Assembly: GCA_964230025.1 (NCBI GenBank) | Contig: CAXRFO010000012.1 | Span: 923,652-987,651 of the forward strand | From: Flavobacteriales bacterium | GTDB taxonomy: Bacteria; Bacteroidota; Bacteroidia; Flavobacteriales_D; JAUILH01 | Reading direction: 5' to 3' | DNA: 64,000 nucleotides | Part shown: piece after piece, positions 17,454 to 26,565 of the stretch | Numbering within the stretch: position 1 is the first letter of the stretch | How the letters are laid out: each line of letters starts with the position of its first letter | The notes under the pieces: model-generated | What the model was told of the DNA's origin: nothing | What the model saw: the letters and a program-made list of their open reading frames with translations, nothing else | Databases searched by the model: none | Program-made: the position numbers and the translations under genes

Positions 17454-18242
17454 ATGAAAAAAATAACTACTGTTTTATTAGGATTGTTTGTTGCAGGAGC
17501 TGCAATGGCGCAAGATGGAGACTTCAAGAAGTTTAAGTTTGGATTAAAGTTAGACCCAAGTATTAACTGGCTTGCGCCGGATGATGCCAAAAAATTGCAA
17601 AGCGGTGGATCTGGAGTTGGTTTTGGATTCGGTGCTCAAGGAGATATTTATTTCGCTGAAAAATTTGCCTTAAGTATCGGTGCTGGAATGAGCTTTGAAA
17701 ACACGAAACTTAACTTCACAAGTGGATCAAATGCAGATTCAGTTTACTATGCTACGGATGCAGATGACAACTTTGTTGAGTATACAGATACTGGAAGCTA
17801 TGTAAATGGTTACTTACTTAAGAATAGAACTTATAGAAATAACTTCTTTTACGTTCCTGTGGTTCTTAAAATGAAAACAAAGGAAATAGGTATGATGAGC
17901 TACTACGGTCAGTTTGGAGCAGATATTCGTATCAAAACTAAAACAAGAGTTGATGATGAAGCAACAAACTTTAATGGTGAGGACGATCCAATGGATTTAG
18001 ATTATAGTAAAGGAACAGCCCCTTTAAATATTGGTTTAAATATAGGGTTTGGAACAGAATACAACATCAGTGGGTCAACTAATTTATTTGGAAGTATCTC
18101 CTTTCACTATGGAGCTACTAACGTATTGAAGAAAAACGACGACTATTCTTTCAGATACAATCCAACTACATGGCAACAAGAGCAATTTGAGCAGGTTGCA
18201 ACAATGAGAGGATTGAGATTAACTGTTGGAGTACTATTCTAA
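17454..18242 (+). CDS. Outer-membrane beta-barrel protein (porin / OmpW-like family)
   Basis: Signal peptide ending AMAQ. Alternating beta-strand pattern. C-terminal LRLTVGVLF aromatic terminus. Confidence 0.7.
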   Translation: MKKITTVLLGLFVAGAAMAQDGDFKKFKFGLKLDPSINWLAPDDAKKLQSGGSGVGFGFGAQGDIYFAEKFALSIGAGMSFENTKLNFTSGSNADSVYYATDADDNFVEYTDTGSYVNGYLLKNRTYRNNFFYVPVVLKMKTKEIGMMSYYGQFGADIRIKTKTRVDDEATNFNGEDDPMDLDYSKGTAPLNIGLNIGFGTEYNISGSTNLFGSISFHYGATNVLKKNDDYSFRYNPTTWQQEQFEQVATMRGLRLTVGVLF

Positions 18243-18261
18243 AAAAAAAGAACTTAAAAGA

Positions 18262-18297
18262 AATCCTTCTCGTAGCAACGGGAAGGATTTTTTATTT
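18262..18297 (+). terminator. Rho-independent terminator
   Basis: ATCCTTC (18263-18269) pairs with GAAGGAT (18282-18288), followed by a T-run. Confidence 0.6.
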
Positions 18298-18306
18298 TTA
18301 CATGGT

Positions 18307-19083
18307 ATGAATTATCTAAAAGTTTCTGAGCACATAACAAATTGGTTGAAAAGCTATTGCCAGTCTGCTGGGATGAATGGTTTTGTTGTAGGTATTTCAG
18401 GCGGAATTGACAGCGCCGTTACCTCAACCCTATGTGCTAAAACAGGTTTGGAAGTAATTGTTTTGAGCATGCCGATTCATCAGAAAAACGCGGAATTAGG
18501 GCGTGCTGAAAAGCATATTGCTTGGCTGAAAGAGAATTATTCAAATGTCAGTTCTAAAGATATAGATTTAACTAAGGCGTTCGATTCTTTTTCATCAAGT
18601 ATGCCTGCGGATGTTCAAGATGATTTTTTAAGTTTAGCAAATGCCCGTGCACGTTTGCGTATGACCACTTTGTATGCCGTTGGTCAAACCAATAAGTTGT
18701 TGGTAGCCGGGACGGGAAATAAAGTTGAAGATTTTGGTGTAGGCTTTTATACGAAATACGGAGATGGAGGAGTTGATCTAAGCCCCATCGCGGATTTAAT
18801 GAAGTCGGAAGTATATGCCATAGCTGCCGAATTAGATGTAATTCCTGAAATCCAAAATGCCAAACCTACAGATGGTTTATGGGAAGATGGTAGAACCGAT
18901 GAAGACCAATTGGGCGCAAGTTATGATGAACTTGAATGGGCCATGGAATTTAATGGAGATGAAACCAAGCTCTCTAATCGCGAGAAGGAAGTTTTAAAAA
19001 TATACAGACGCCTAAATCGAATCAATCAGCACAAAATGAAGCCAATTCCTGTGTGTGAAATTCCACATGAATTGAAGGCCTAG
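18307..19083 (+). CDS. nadE: Ammonia-dependent NAD+ synthetase
   Basis: PP-loop GISGGIDSAV. ORF track start 18226 reads through the upstream terminator. The ATG at 18307 (MNYLKVSEHI) is preferred. Confidence 0.9.
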   Translation: MNYLKVSEHITNWLKSYCQSAGMNGFVVGISGGIDSAVTSTLCAKTGLEVIVLSMPIHQKNAELGRAEKHIAWLKENYSNVSSKDIDLTKAFDSFSSSMPADVQDDFLSLANARARLRMTTLYAVGQTNKLLVAGTGNKVEDFGVGFYTKYGDGGVDLSPIADLMKSEVYAIAAELDVIPEIQNAKPTDGLWEDGRTDEDQLGASYDELEWAMEFNGDETKLSNREKEVLKIYRRLNRINQHKMKPIPVCEIPHELKA

Positions 19084-19089
19084 CTTTCT

Positions 19090-19097
19090 TACCTTTG
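19090..19097 (+). promoter_or_regulatory. -7 box TACCTTTG, 4 nt upstream of ATG 19102 (leaderless-type spacing)
   Basis: Exact TAnnTTTG match starting 7 nt after the nadE stop. Confidence 0.45.
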
Positions 19098-19101
19098 TAA
19101 G

Positions 19102-20118
19102 ATGGCGTCCAAAAACGATACATGGCAATTGCTCAAAAAAATGAGCTTAAGGAAGTCTTGGAACGCCTCTAAACTATATAGCTCATATCGATTTTCAAAG
19201 TGGGGTTGGACCAAAAAACACCGTGGCATGCCTATCAGCTTGAGTCTAGAGCCCACCACGGCTTGTAATTTGGGTTGTCCGGAATGCCCCAGTGGTTTAA
19301 AACAATTTACCCGACCCACAGGTAACCTGAAAAAAGAGCTGTATCAGCAAGTAATAGATGAACTTCATCCCTATTTATTATACCTTAATTTCTATTTTCA
19401 AGGAGAGCCCTTTATTCATCCAGATCTTGTAGACTGGATTAGATATGCTGCAGATAGAAAAATCTATACCAGTACCAGCACGAACGCCCATTTTATTGAT
19501 AAAAAGATGGCTCAAAGAATAGTAAATTCCGGGTTAAACAGGATGATTATCAGCATTGATGGTACAAGCCAAGAAAGTTACGAGAACTACCGTATCAATG
19601 GTGACTTAACGAAGGTGCTTGAAGGGACCAAAAACATGGTTGCTGCCAAAAAAGAAGCGGGAAAGGGTCCACATCTAATTTTTCAATTTTTGGTTGTAAA
19701 ACCAAATGAGCATCAAATTCCTGAATTGTTTGAATTGGCGCGTGAATATGGGGTAGATGAAGTTCGTTTGAAAACAGCTCAGTTTTATGATTATAAGAAT
19801 GGCAATCCCTTGATGCCTGAAAATGAAAAGTACTCTCGCTATATCAAACAAGCGGATGGAACCTATCGAATAAAGAACAAAATGGACAATCATTGTAAAC
19901 GCATGTGGACCAGTTCGGTTATTACATGGGATGGTCGTGTTGTTCCTTGTTGTTTTGATAAGGATGCCAAGCATCAAATGGGCATTATGAGGGAAAAGTC
20001 TTTTAAGGAAATATGGAGATCCGAAAAATACGATAACTTCAGACGTCATATTCTAAGGAATCGCGAAGGAATTGATATTTGTACCAATTGTTCAGAGGGC
20101 ACTAAAGTTTGGGCTTAA
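19102..20118 (+). CDS. Radical SAM enzyme with a SPASM/twitch-like C-terminal domain
   Basis: CNLGCPEC (CxxxCxxC). C-terminal CX12GX4C (CKRMWTSSVITWDGRVVPC), then C and CTNC. Confidence 0.85.
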   Translation: MASKNDTWQLLKKMSLRKSWNASKLYSSYRFSKWGWTKKHRGMPISLSLEPTTACNLGCPECPSGLKQFTRPTGNLKKELYQQVIDELHPYLLYLNFYFQGEPFIHPDLVDWIRYAADRKIYTSTSTNAHFIDKKMAQRIVNSGLNRMIISIDGTSQESYENYRINGDLTKVLEGTKNMVAAKKEAGKGPHLIFQFLVVKPNEHQIPELFELAREYGVDEVRLKTAQFYDYKNGNPLMPENEKYSRYIKQADGTYRIKNKMDNHCKRMWTSSVITWDGRVVPCCFDKDAKHQMGIMREKSFKEIWRSEKYDNFRRHILRNREGIDICTNCSEGTKVWA

Positions 20119-20579
20119 TGTTTAGTAAAGAGGAAGCGAAAGAATACAGAAGAGAGTTTTGGACGGCCTTTGGCATAATCATGAAAAAACACAGTTCTGA
20201 AACCTGGGGGAAGGTAAATTGGATTAATTATCAAACGAAGGTCAAAGACTTCTATATTCGTTTACATGCCGATAACAAAAAGGTTGGCTTGAGTTTTGAT
20301 TTTCAAATGCCAGATTCAGAATTGCGTGCAATTTTTTGGGAGCAAATGTTGGAGCTAAAAGCAGTTTTTGAGGCCGAGATAGGTGAATGTATATGGTTGG
20401 ATTCAGATGTTTTAGAAACTGGAATAGAGATATCTCGGGTTCAAACGATGAAGGAAGGGGTGTCTGTGTTTAACAAGGATACCTGGCCAAGAGCATTTTC
20501 TTATTTGGAGGATAAACTTTTGGCTGTAGATCGGTTCTGGGCTGATTTTGGGCGAATGTTTCAAGACCTTGCTAATTAA
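20118..20579 (+). CDS. DUF4268-like protein
   Basis: ATG overlaps the radical-SAM stop (TAATG). The family call rests on recollection of MFSKEEAKEYRREFW-type N-termini and is tentative. Confidence 0.55.
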   Translation: MFSKEEAKEYRREFWTAFGIIMKKHSSETWGKVNWINYQTKVKDFYIRLHADNKKVGLSFDFQMPDSELRAIFWEQMLELKAVFEAEIGECIWLDSDVLETGIEISRVQTMKEGVSVFNKDTWPRAFSYLEDKLLAVDRFWADFGRMFQDLAN

Positions 20580-20608
20580 TTTGTAATTTGCGTTTCAAAT
20601 TTGATTTT

Positions 20609-20962
20609 ATGAAGACAGTTTTCTCCTCTTTGATGGTCGCAATATTAATTACTTCTTGTTCGAAAGATTTGGCAAAACAGCCGGTTTGTGATACCATAAG
20701 TTTTAATAATGGAGAAGCCGGGGTAAATCAGATTGAAGGAATTTTTCAGGGAAAATGTATGCCCTGTCACAATGCTCAAAATGCAACTAATGGCGTTGTT
20801 TTAGAAGGTTATGATAACATTAGAAATGAAGCCTCTAATCCAAGATTATTACAACGAATAAAAGGAGAGATTACACCAAGAATGCCTCTCGGGGGCCCAT
20901 ATTTATCTACAGATACCATTCAAATGATAGAGAATTGGATTAATTGCGGTTTTCCTGAATAA
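20609..20962 (+). CDS. Small lipoprotein with a single c-type haem-binding motif (planctomycete-cytochrome-C / PSCyt1-like domain)
   Basis: Lipobox AILITSC. CMPCH (CxxCH). Downstream ...PRMPLGGPYLSTDTIQMIENWINCG resembles the PSCyt1 pattern. Confidence 0.65.
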   Translation: MKTVFSSLMVAILITSCSKDLAKQPVCDTISFNNGEAGVNQIEGIFQGKCMPCHNAQNATNGVVLEGYDNIRNEASNPRLLQRIKGEITPRMPLGGPYLSTDTIQMIENWINCGFPE

Positions 20963-20963
20963 T

Positions 20964-21629
20964 TTAAAGGATATAAATTTCTGTTCTCCTATTTTGTTGG
21001 CGGCCTTGTGGCGTGTCGTTTGTTTCAATAGGTCGAGATTCTCCATAACCCTTACTATTTAACCTGCTAGAGGGAACCCCTTTTTTAATCAGATAATTTT
21101 TTACGGCATCCGCCCTTTTTTGGGATAAAATCTTATTCGCATCTTCATCACCAACATTATCGGTATGTCCAGCTATTTCAATTTTAAGGTCAGACCGATT
21201 TTTAAGATAGTCAGCCAATTGATTCAACATCTCGTAAGAATTGGATTGGATAGTGGATTTTCCTGTTTCAAAATGAAGATCATCCAGGGTGATGGAAGCT
21301 GACATCTCATAAATGATTTGTATTTGCATTTCTTGAAATTCTTGTCCTTCTGGAAGGGAAGGAACTTCTACTGTACTATAGTCTTTTTCTGCTGTAAAGG
21401 ACTTGATTTTTATCTTATATATGTCGCCTGCTGGAAGATTAATTTTGAAGCTACCATCTGCCCCTGTCTTGCCAACTAACTCTTTACCTGTTTTTTCACC
21501 TATAAACAGAATCTGATCACCTATGTAAGGCTTTTGTTTAGAATCGGTAACAGTTACTTTTAAAGGCGCTGTCTGGCCAAGTAGAACAACAGGGTAAAAT
21601 AATAGTAGGGCGTAAACGATCGATTTCAT
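20964..21629 (-). CDS. OmpA-family protein (N-terminal carboxypeptidase-regulatory-like domain plus C-terminal OmpA peptidoglycan-binding domain)
   Basis: GHTDNVGDEDANKILSQKRADAVKNYL and NRRTEI motifs. Signal peptide present. Confidence 0.85.
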   Translation of the reverse strand: MKSIVYALLLFYPVVLLGQTAPLKVTVTDSKQKPYIGDQILFIGEKTGKELVGKTGADGSFKINLPAGDIYKIKIKSFTAEKDYSTVEVPSLPEGQEFQEMQIQIIYEMSASITLDDLHFETGKSTIQSNSYEMLNQLADYLKNRSDLKIEIAGHTDNVGDEDANKILSQKRADAVKNYLIKKGVPSSRLNSKGYGESRPIETNDTPQGRQQNRRTEIYIL

Positions 21630-21668
21630 ATAACGTTAATGCGCATTTTAAGTAAAGTAACTCTTTTC

Positions 21669-22868
21669 TTAGCGAATATATTTAAAGCCTTTTTTAATTC
21701 CTTCAAACTTAATTAAGTATATACCTTTTTGTAGGTTCAAATCATTATGTGAATTAAAGGTCGTAGAAGAGGACTCTAACAATTTACCATCTAGCGTATA
21801 AACTTCAAAATTGACTTGATCATTTGATTTTTCATTGGATAAAATAAATCCATTATTGGTGTGTAAAAAAGAAATTTTATCCAATGAAATCTCTTCAACA
21901 CTTATTGGGGCTCCAATTTGCACCTCCATGTATACAGGCAAGTGATCACTCATCATATGAAGGGCTTCAATGATGTTGGCAGGTTCGCTGGCATTGGTTG
22001 GAGTATTTACCAAACTTGTGTTGAAATGCTGACCATCCTGGCCAACTGCTCTGTAAGTATTTGGAGTATACATAACACCGTTGCTCCCATTAATAACATC
22101 AGCCGTGCACATAATAAAGTCAAATCGATCATCCATTCCACCGGTTGTGCCGTTATCGAATGAAGTTGTGCGCGTAGATTGTGTATGCACGAACTTATAG
22201 TTGCTGTTGTTGTGCCAGTTGCCCATCTGATTAATTGGGTCTACAAATGGAACAGGTGCGGCAAGCAAATTTTGTACAGCGGGTTCTTGATCTGTATAAA
22301 CATTGAAATCACCTAAAAGAATAAAGTTTTCGCCATTCGTTCTTGTATCCAATTCTGTTTTTAAGACTTGTGTTTGTTGATCCCTTGTTTGTTCATCAGA
22401 AAATTGACTACCAGCCTTGAAATGGGTACTATAAACATAAAGGTATATTGTATCTGACTGGGCATTTAATCCAGGCTCTTTATAGTAAAGTACATATTCA
22501 GAAATATCTCGGACAGAAGTGGCAATTTGGGTTTGTGATACTAAGCCTAACTTGTTGGAATTGTAATACAAACTATTGTCAGTATCAGGTCCATCAAAGA
22601 AAAAGGCTTTATCATATTTTGTAACACCGTCGGTGTTAAGGCAGGCGTTTAAAATATTGTTAGAACCACTTACATCTGTCAATTCCTGAACGCAGAGGAT
22701 ATCTGGGTCAAGATATTTCATAATGGTTTTAAGTGTATCAATGCGTTGGTAGCTTTGATACGGAAACTTTAACAAATTGTACGTTACTATGCTCAGGGTG
22801 TCCTGAGATTTACTTTGTTGAGGTGTAAAAAAGCATAGTAGTAATAGAGCAAATAATAGTTTTTTCAC
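21669..22868 (-). CDS. Endonuclease/exonuclease/phosphatase (EEP) family protein with a T9SS C-terminal sorting domain
   Basis: SIVTYNLL start of the EEP fold, LLGDFN, DDRFDFI, SDHLPV. C-terminal FEVYTLDGKLL...GIYLIKF CTD-like segment. Confidence 0.8.
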   Translation of the reverse strand: MKKLLFALLLLCFFTPQQSKSQDTLSIVTYNLLKFPYQSYQRIDTLKTIMKYLDPDILCVQELTDVSGSNNILNACLNTDGVTKYDKAFFFDGPDTDNSLYYNSNKLGLVSQTQIATSVRDISEYVLYYKEPGLNAQSDTIYLYVYSTHFKAGSQFSDEQTRDQQTQVLKTELDTRTNGENFILLGDFNVYTDQEPAVQNLLAAPVPFVDPINQMGNWHNNSNYKFVHTQSTRTTSFDNGTTGGMDDRFDFIMCTADVINGSNGVMYTPNTYRAVGQDGQHFNTSLVNTPTNASEPANIIEALHMMSDHLPVYMEVQIGAPISVEEISLDKISFLHTNNGFILSNEKSNDQVNFEVYTLDGKLLESSSTTFNSHNDLNLQKGIYLIKFEGIKKGFKYIR

Positions 22869-22880
22869 TTTACAAAAGTA

Positions 22881-23930
22881 CTACTTTACTTCTTTCAAGA
22901 GAATCATATATACAGGGAAATGATCAGAATAGCCTCCTTGATAGGTGTTTCCAACGTATGATCGATATGGATATCCGGTGAATGAACCCTCTTTGTTCTT
23001 TAAATACGGAGCATTGTATACGTAGGATTTATAAAATTTGTAATCAGGATATTCGCCATTTTTGGCTATTAAGGACTTGCTCAAAATAAGCTGGTCAAAA
23101 AGATTCCAATTGTTACGATAACCAAGCGTGCCTATTCCTTGCTTAAAATGTTTTTCCATTGCCCCAAACATTTCACCTTCTTCAACTTTTTCTGGTTTAC
23201 TCTCGGCTTTCATGTATTTTTTTACACTCGGACTATTTGGATCATCATTTAGGTCTCCCATGTATACGATTTTTGCGTCCGGATGTGCTTTTTCAATGGA
23301 GTCAATTATCGATTTTCCTAATTCTGCGGCAGCTATTCTCTTGGGCATACTTCTTTTTTCTCCGCCTCTTCTAGAAGGCCAATGCGCAACCATAAAGAAA
23401 GTTGTATCGCCATCTAAAACACCTTTTACAAGGAGTTGGTCTCTAGTAGCAAAATCTGGGTCATCTGGGATTTTTAGTGGAATAGATTTGCTTTCAATTA
23501 ATTTAAAGTATTTCGGATTGTAAAGCAGAGCACAATCGATTCCTCGTCGATCTGGCCCATCATGATGAACTACTTGGTAGTTGCGGTTTTTGATAGCTTC
23601 TTGTTTAGCAAGGTCAATCAGTACGGATGCATTTTCAATCTCGCAAACTCCTAATACGGCGGGTCCGTCTGGGTTAGAAACGTTGCCACTTGCCCCCATT
23701 TCGGAAACTACTTTCGCTAGGTTGGAAAGCTTCTCATTATACTTCTTGGTATCCCACTTTCGATCACCGCTGGGTGTATTTTCAGAATCTCTTACACCGG
23801 GTGTGTCAAGTGTGTCAAATAAGTTTTCAAGATTGTAGAATCCAATAATTACAGATTTGTAGCTTTTTTCTTGTGCAGAAGAAAACAAAGCTGTGCATAA
23901 TAAAATAGTAGCTAAAAATAGGTGTTTCAT
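22881..23930 (-). CDS. Secreted EEP-family nuclease resembling the catalytic module of ExeM/NucH-type extracellular endonucleases
   Basis: Signal peptide. IIGFYNLENLFDT, VLGVCEIEN, YMGDLND, GGYSDHFPV. Confidence 0.75.
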   Translation of the reverse strand: MKHLFLATILLCTALFSSAQEKSYKSVIIGFYNLENLFDTLDTPGVRDSENTPSGDRKWDTKKYNEKLSNLAKVVSEMGASGNVSNPDGPAVLGVCEIENASVLIDLAKQEAIKNRNYQVVHHDGPDRRGIDCALLYNPKYFKLIESKSIPLKIPDDPDFATRDQLLVKGVLDGDTTFFMVAHWPSRRGGEKRSMPKRIAAAELGKSIIDSIEKAHPDAKIVYMGDLNDDPNSPSVKKYMKAESKPEKVEEGEMFGAMEKHFKQGIGTLGYRNNWNLFDQLILSKSLIAKNGEYPDYKFYKSYVYNAPYLKNKEGSFTGYPYRSYVGNTYQGGYSDHFPVYMILLKEVK

Positions 23931-23943
23931 AGTTGCGAAAGTA

Positions 23944-23961
23944 AGCTTAATCTATTAAGCT
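23944..23961. promoter_or_regulatory. Palindrome AGCTTAAT-CT-ATTAAGCT in the divergent control region (candidate operator)
   Basis: 8-bp perfect inverted arms with a 2-nt spacer, between the EEP gene and the TonB-dependent transporter gene. Confidence 0.3.
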
Positions 23962-24017
23962 AGTGTTAAAATATTTATAAGTGTGCGCAGGTGTCTGCAA
24001 AATTGCTCAATTTGTTT

Positions 24018-24025
24018 TACCTTTG
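24018..24025 (+). promoter_or_regulatory. -7 box TACCTTTG, 18 nt upstream of ATG 24044
   Basis: Exact TAnnTTTG match. Confidence 0.45.
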
Positions 24026-24043
24026 CAAGGTTTGCTGAATTCA

Positions 24044-26563
24044 ATGAGAAAACTTTTACTATTTGCCCTCGTATTTACCAGCACTTTGACCTTTGCTCAG
24101 GTGGATACAACCAAAAAGGATACCACAAATATCCCAATTATAAACTTATCCGTCGATGATCAGGATAGTCAGGACCAAAATCAAGATATATCCGGTCTAC
24201 TTCAATCGTCTCGAGATGTTTTTGCGTCCAATGCCGGTTTTAACTTTTCGGCTGCTCGATTCCGAATGAGAGGCTATGGTTCTAACCAATTTCAAGTAAT
24301 GATTCAAGGAGTTGATGTAGTTGATCCAGAGATGGGATTCGGGATATGGAGTTATTGGGGAGGTTTGAATGACATGACCCGTTATCCAGAAACAAAAACC
24401 GGAATTGCATCATCTCAATGGGGTTTTGGAAGTGTAGCAGGTTCAACTAATATCTCATTTAGAGCCTCCGATAAAAGAAAAGGATCGAGAATTTCCTATG
24501 GCAGAACAAACAGAAACTATAATAACCGATTAATGGCATCCTATAATACTGGATGGCTAGAAAATGGATGGGCATTTTCGTTTAGTGGTTCTGGCAGATG
24601 GTCAAATGAGGGTTATGTAGATGGAACCTATTATAGTGGAGCAGCCTATTTTATGGCAGCTGAGAAAAAAATTAATGAGAAGCACAGCGTAAACTTTGTT
24701 TTTTGGGGATCTCCAACTGTGCAGGGGAGAGCTGGGATTGCGGTTCAAGAAGCCTTAGATTTAACAGGGAACAATTATTATAACCCTTGGTGGGGCTATC
24801 AAACTTCTGCAGATGGACAAAGCCAAGTGAAAAGGAATTCTCGAATAAGAAATAATCACAAGCCATACTTTATGGTAACTGACTACTTAGAGATCAAAAA
24901 AGGAACTAAGCTTTATACCACAGCCTATTTTTCATATGGTAAAACAAGTAACTCGAACCTAAACTGGTATAATGCTCCAGATCCAAGACCAGATTATTAT
25001 CGTTATTTACCATCTTATTACGAGGGTGAAGATCAGGTACAATTCAATCAATTAACGGATGCTTGGATGAATGACCCTAGCACAAGTCAAATAGATTGGG
25101 ACGGACTGTACTTTTCAAATTCCAAGAACTTGTATACGGCCAAAAACGTTGATGGAATAGAAGGAAATGATGTAACTGGTAATCGTTCGAGATACATCCT
25201 TGAGGAATATCATACAGACCCGCTTCAAACAGGAGTTGATGTTAACTTATATCATGAGTTAAATGACCGTATGATTTTAGCTGGTGGTCTAAACGTTGAA
25301 AAGTACATGTCAAATAACTATCGACAAATGAACGATCTATTAGGCGGTGATTTTTGGATTGACGTTGATCAGTTTGCTGAGAACGAAAGCTCGGATCCAT
25401 CGGTGGCTTATAATGATATTAATGCTCCAAATAGACTAATCAAAGTAGGAGATAAATTTGGATATGAGTACGAGATACACAGAAACAAAATAAAGTCATT
25501 CGGGCAACTCGATTACAAAGGAAGAAAAATTGATGCATACGGTGGTCTTACTTTAGGTCACGTTCAATTCTACAGAGTAGGGAAATATCAAAATGGAAGA
25601 TTCCCTGATAACTCTTTGGGTAAGTCAGATCCAAATAATTTCTTAACCTTTGGCGTTAAAGGAGGAGCTACTTATAAAATTACGGGGCGTCACTTCATTG
25701 ATGCGAATGTTCAGTATGAGCAGAAGGATCCTATTATTAGAAATGCATTTATATCACCTAGAACTAGAGATTACGTTGTGGATGGTTTAAAGAATGTTGA
25801 AGTTATTTCAGGAGATATCTCTTACATCACACGTTATCCAAGATTGAGTGGTAGAATTACTGCATTCTACACTGAGATTAATGATCAAAACTGGTTGAGA
25901 AGCTTCTATCACGAGGAGTTTAGAACCTTTGTTAATTATTCTATGACGGATGTAGACAATTTATACTTTGGATACGAAACCGGATGGGATGTAAAAGCAA
26001 CCTCTACCTTAAGTGTACAATTAGCGGCATCACAAGGAATGTACCTTTACAATTCTAGACCCAACGTAACAATTACTAGAGATAACTCAAATGAAGTAAT
26101 TGCGGAAGACAGAACGGTTTACTTCCAAAACTACCGTGTAGGTGGGATGCCACAATCTGTGGGTACCATTGGCTTAAAATACTACAGCCCCAAGTACTGG
26201 TTTGTTGGTGTTAACGCCAATTACTTTGGAGATATTTATTTAGACCCTAACCCAGACAGAAGAACAGAAGAGGCTATCTCTGGATTTGTTGAGTCTGACC
26301 CACAATGGAGAGAAATTATTGAACAAACAAAACTGGAAGATGGATTTACAATGAATTTATTTGCCGGTTATTCACACATGATTGAATATGGTAAGTACCT
26401 TAGATTCAACATTAGTGTAACCAACTTATTAAATAATACAGATTTCCGTACCGGAGGATTTGAGCAATTACGTTTTGATCCTCAGGATATACAAAGATTT
26501 CCGAACAGATATGGATACATGTACGGAACTCAATTTTTTGCAATGTTAACCTACCAATTCTAA
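24044..26563 (+). CDS. TonB-dependent outer-membrane transporter
   Basis: The ATG at 24044 gives signal peptide MRKLLLFALVFTSTLTFAQ (the track start at 23981 is an extension). Plug-like N-terminus. Long beta-barrel ending ...FFAMLTYQF. Confidence 0.8.
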   Translation: MRKLLLFALVFTSTLTFAQVDTTKKDTTNIPIINLSVDDQDSQDQNQDISGLLQSSRDVFASNAGFNFSAARFRMRGYGSNQFQVMIQGVDVVDPEMGFGIWSYWGGLNDMTRYPETKTGIASSQWGFGSVAGSTNISFRASDKRKGSRISYGRTNRNYNNRLMASYNTGWLENGWAFSFSGSGRWSNEGYVDGTYYSGAAYFMAAEKKINEKHSVNFVFWGSPTVQGRAGIAVQEALDLTGNNYYNPWWGYQTSADGQSQVKRNSRIRNNHKPYFMVTDYLEIKKGTKLYTTAYFSYGKTSNSNLNWYNAPDPRPDYYRYLPSYYEGEDQVQFNQLTDAWMNDPSTSQIDWDGLYFSNSKNLYTAKNVDGIEGNDVTGNRSRYILEEYHTDPLQTGVDVNLYHELNDRMILAGGLNVEKYMSNNYRQMNDLLGGDFWIDVDQFAENESSDPSVAYNDINAPNRLIKVGDKFGYEYEIHRNKIKSFGQLDYKGRKIDAYGGLTLGHVQFYRVGKYQNGRFPDNSLGKSDPNNFLTFGVKGGATYKITGRHFIDANVQYEQKDPIIRNAFISPRTRDYVVDGLKNVEVISGDISYITRYPRLSGRITAFYTEINDQNWLRSFYHEEFRTFVNYSMTDVDNLYFGYETGWDVKATSTLSVQLAASQGMYLYNSRPNVTITRDNSNEVIAEDRTVYFQNYRVGGMPQSVGTIGLKYYSPKYWFVGVNANYFGDIYLDPNPDRRTEEAISGFVESDPQWREIIEQTKLEDGFTMNLFAGYSHMIEYGKYLRFNISVTNLLNNTDFRTGGFEQLRFDPQDIQRFPNRYGYMYGTQFFAMLTYQF

Positions 26564-26565
26564 TT

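Noticed and set aside
19089-19319. 76-aa minus-strand ORF overlapping the start of the radical SAM gene, considered as a possible precursor peptide.
   Set aside because: It is antisense to a well-supported CDS and to the nadE 3' end. It has no conserved-looking core or leader features or promoter context. It is most likely a shadow ORF.
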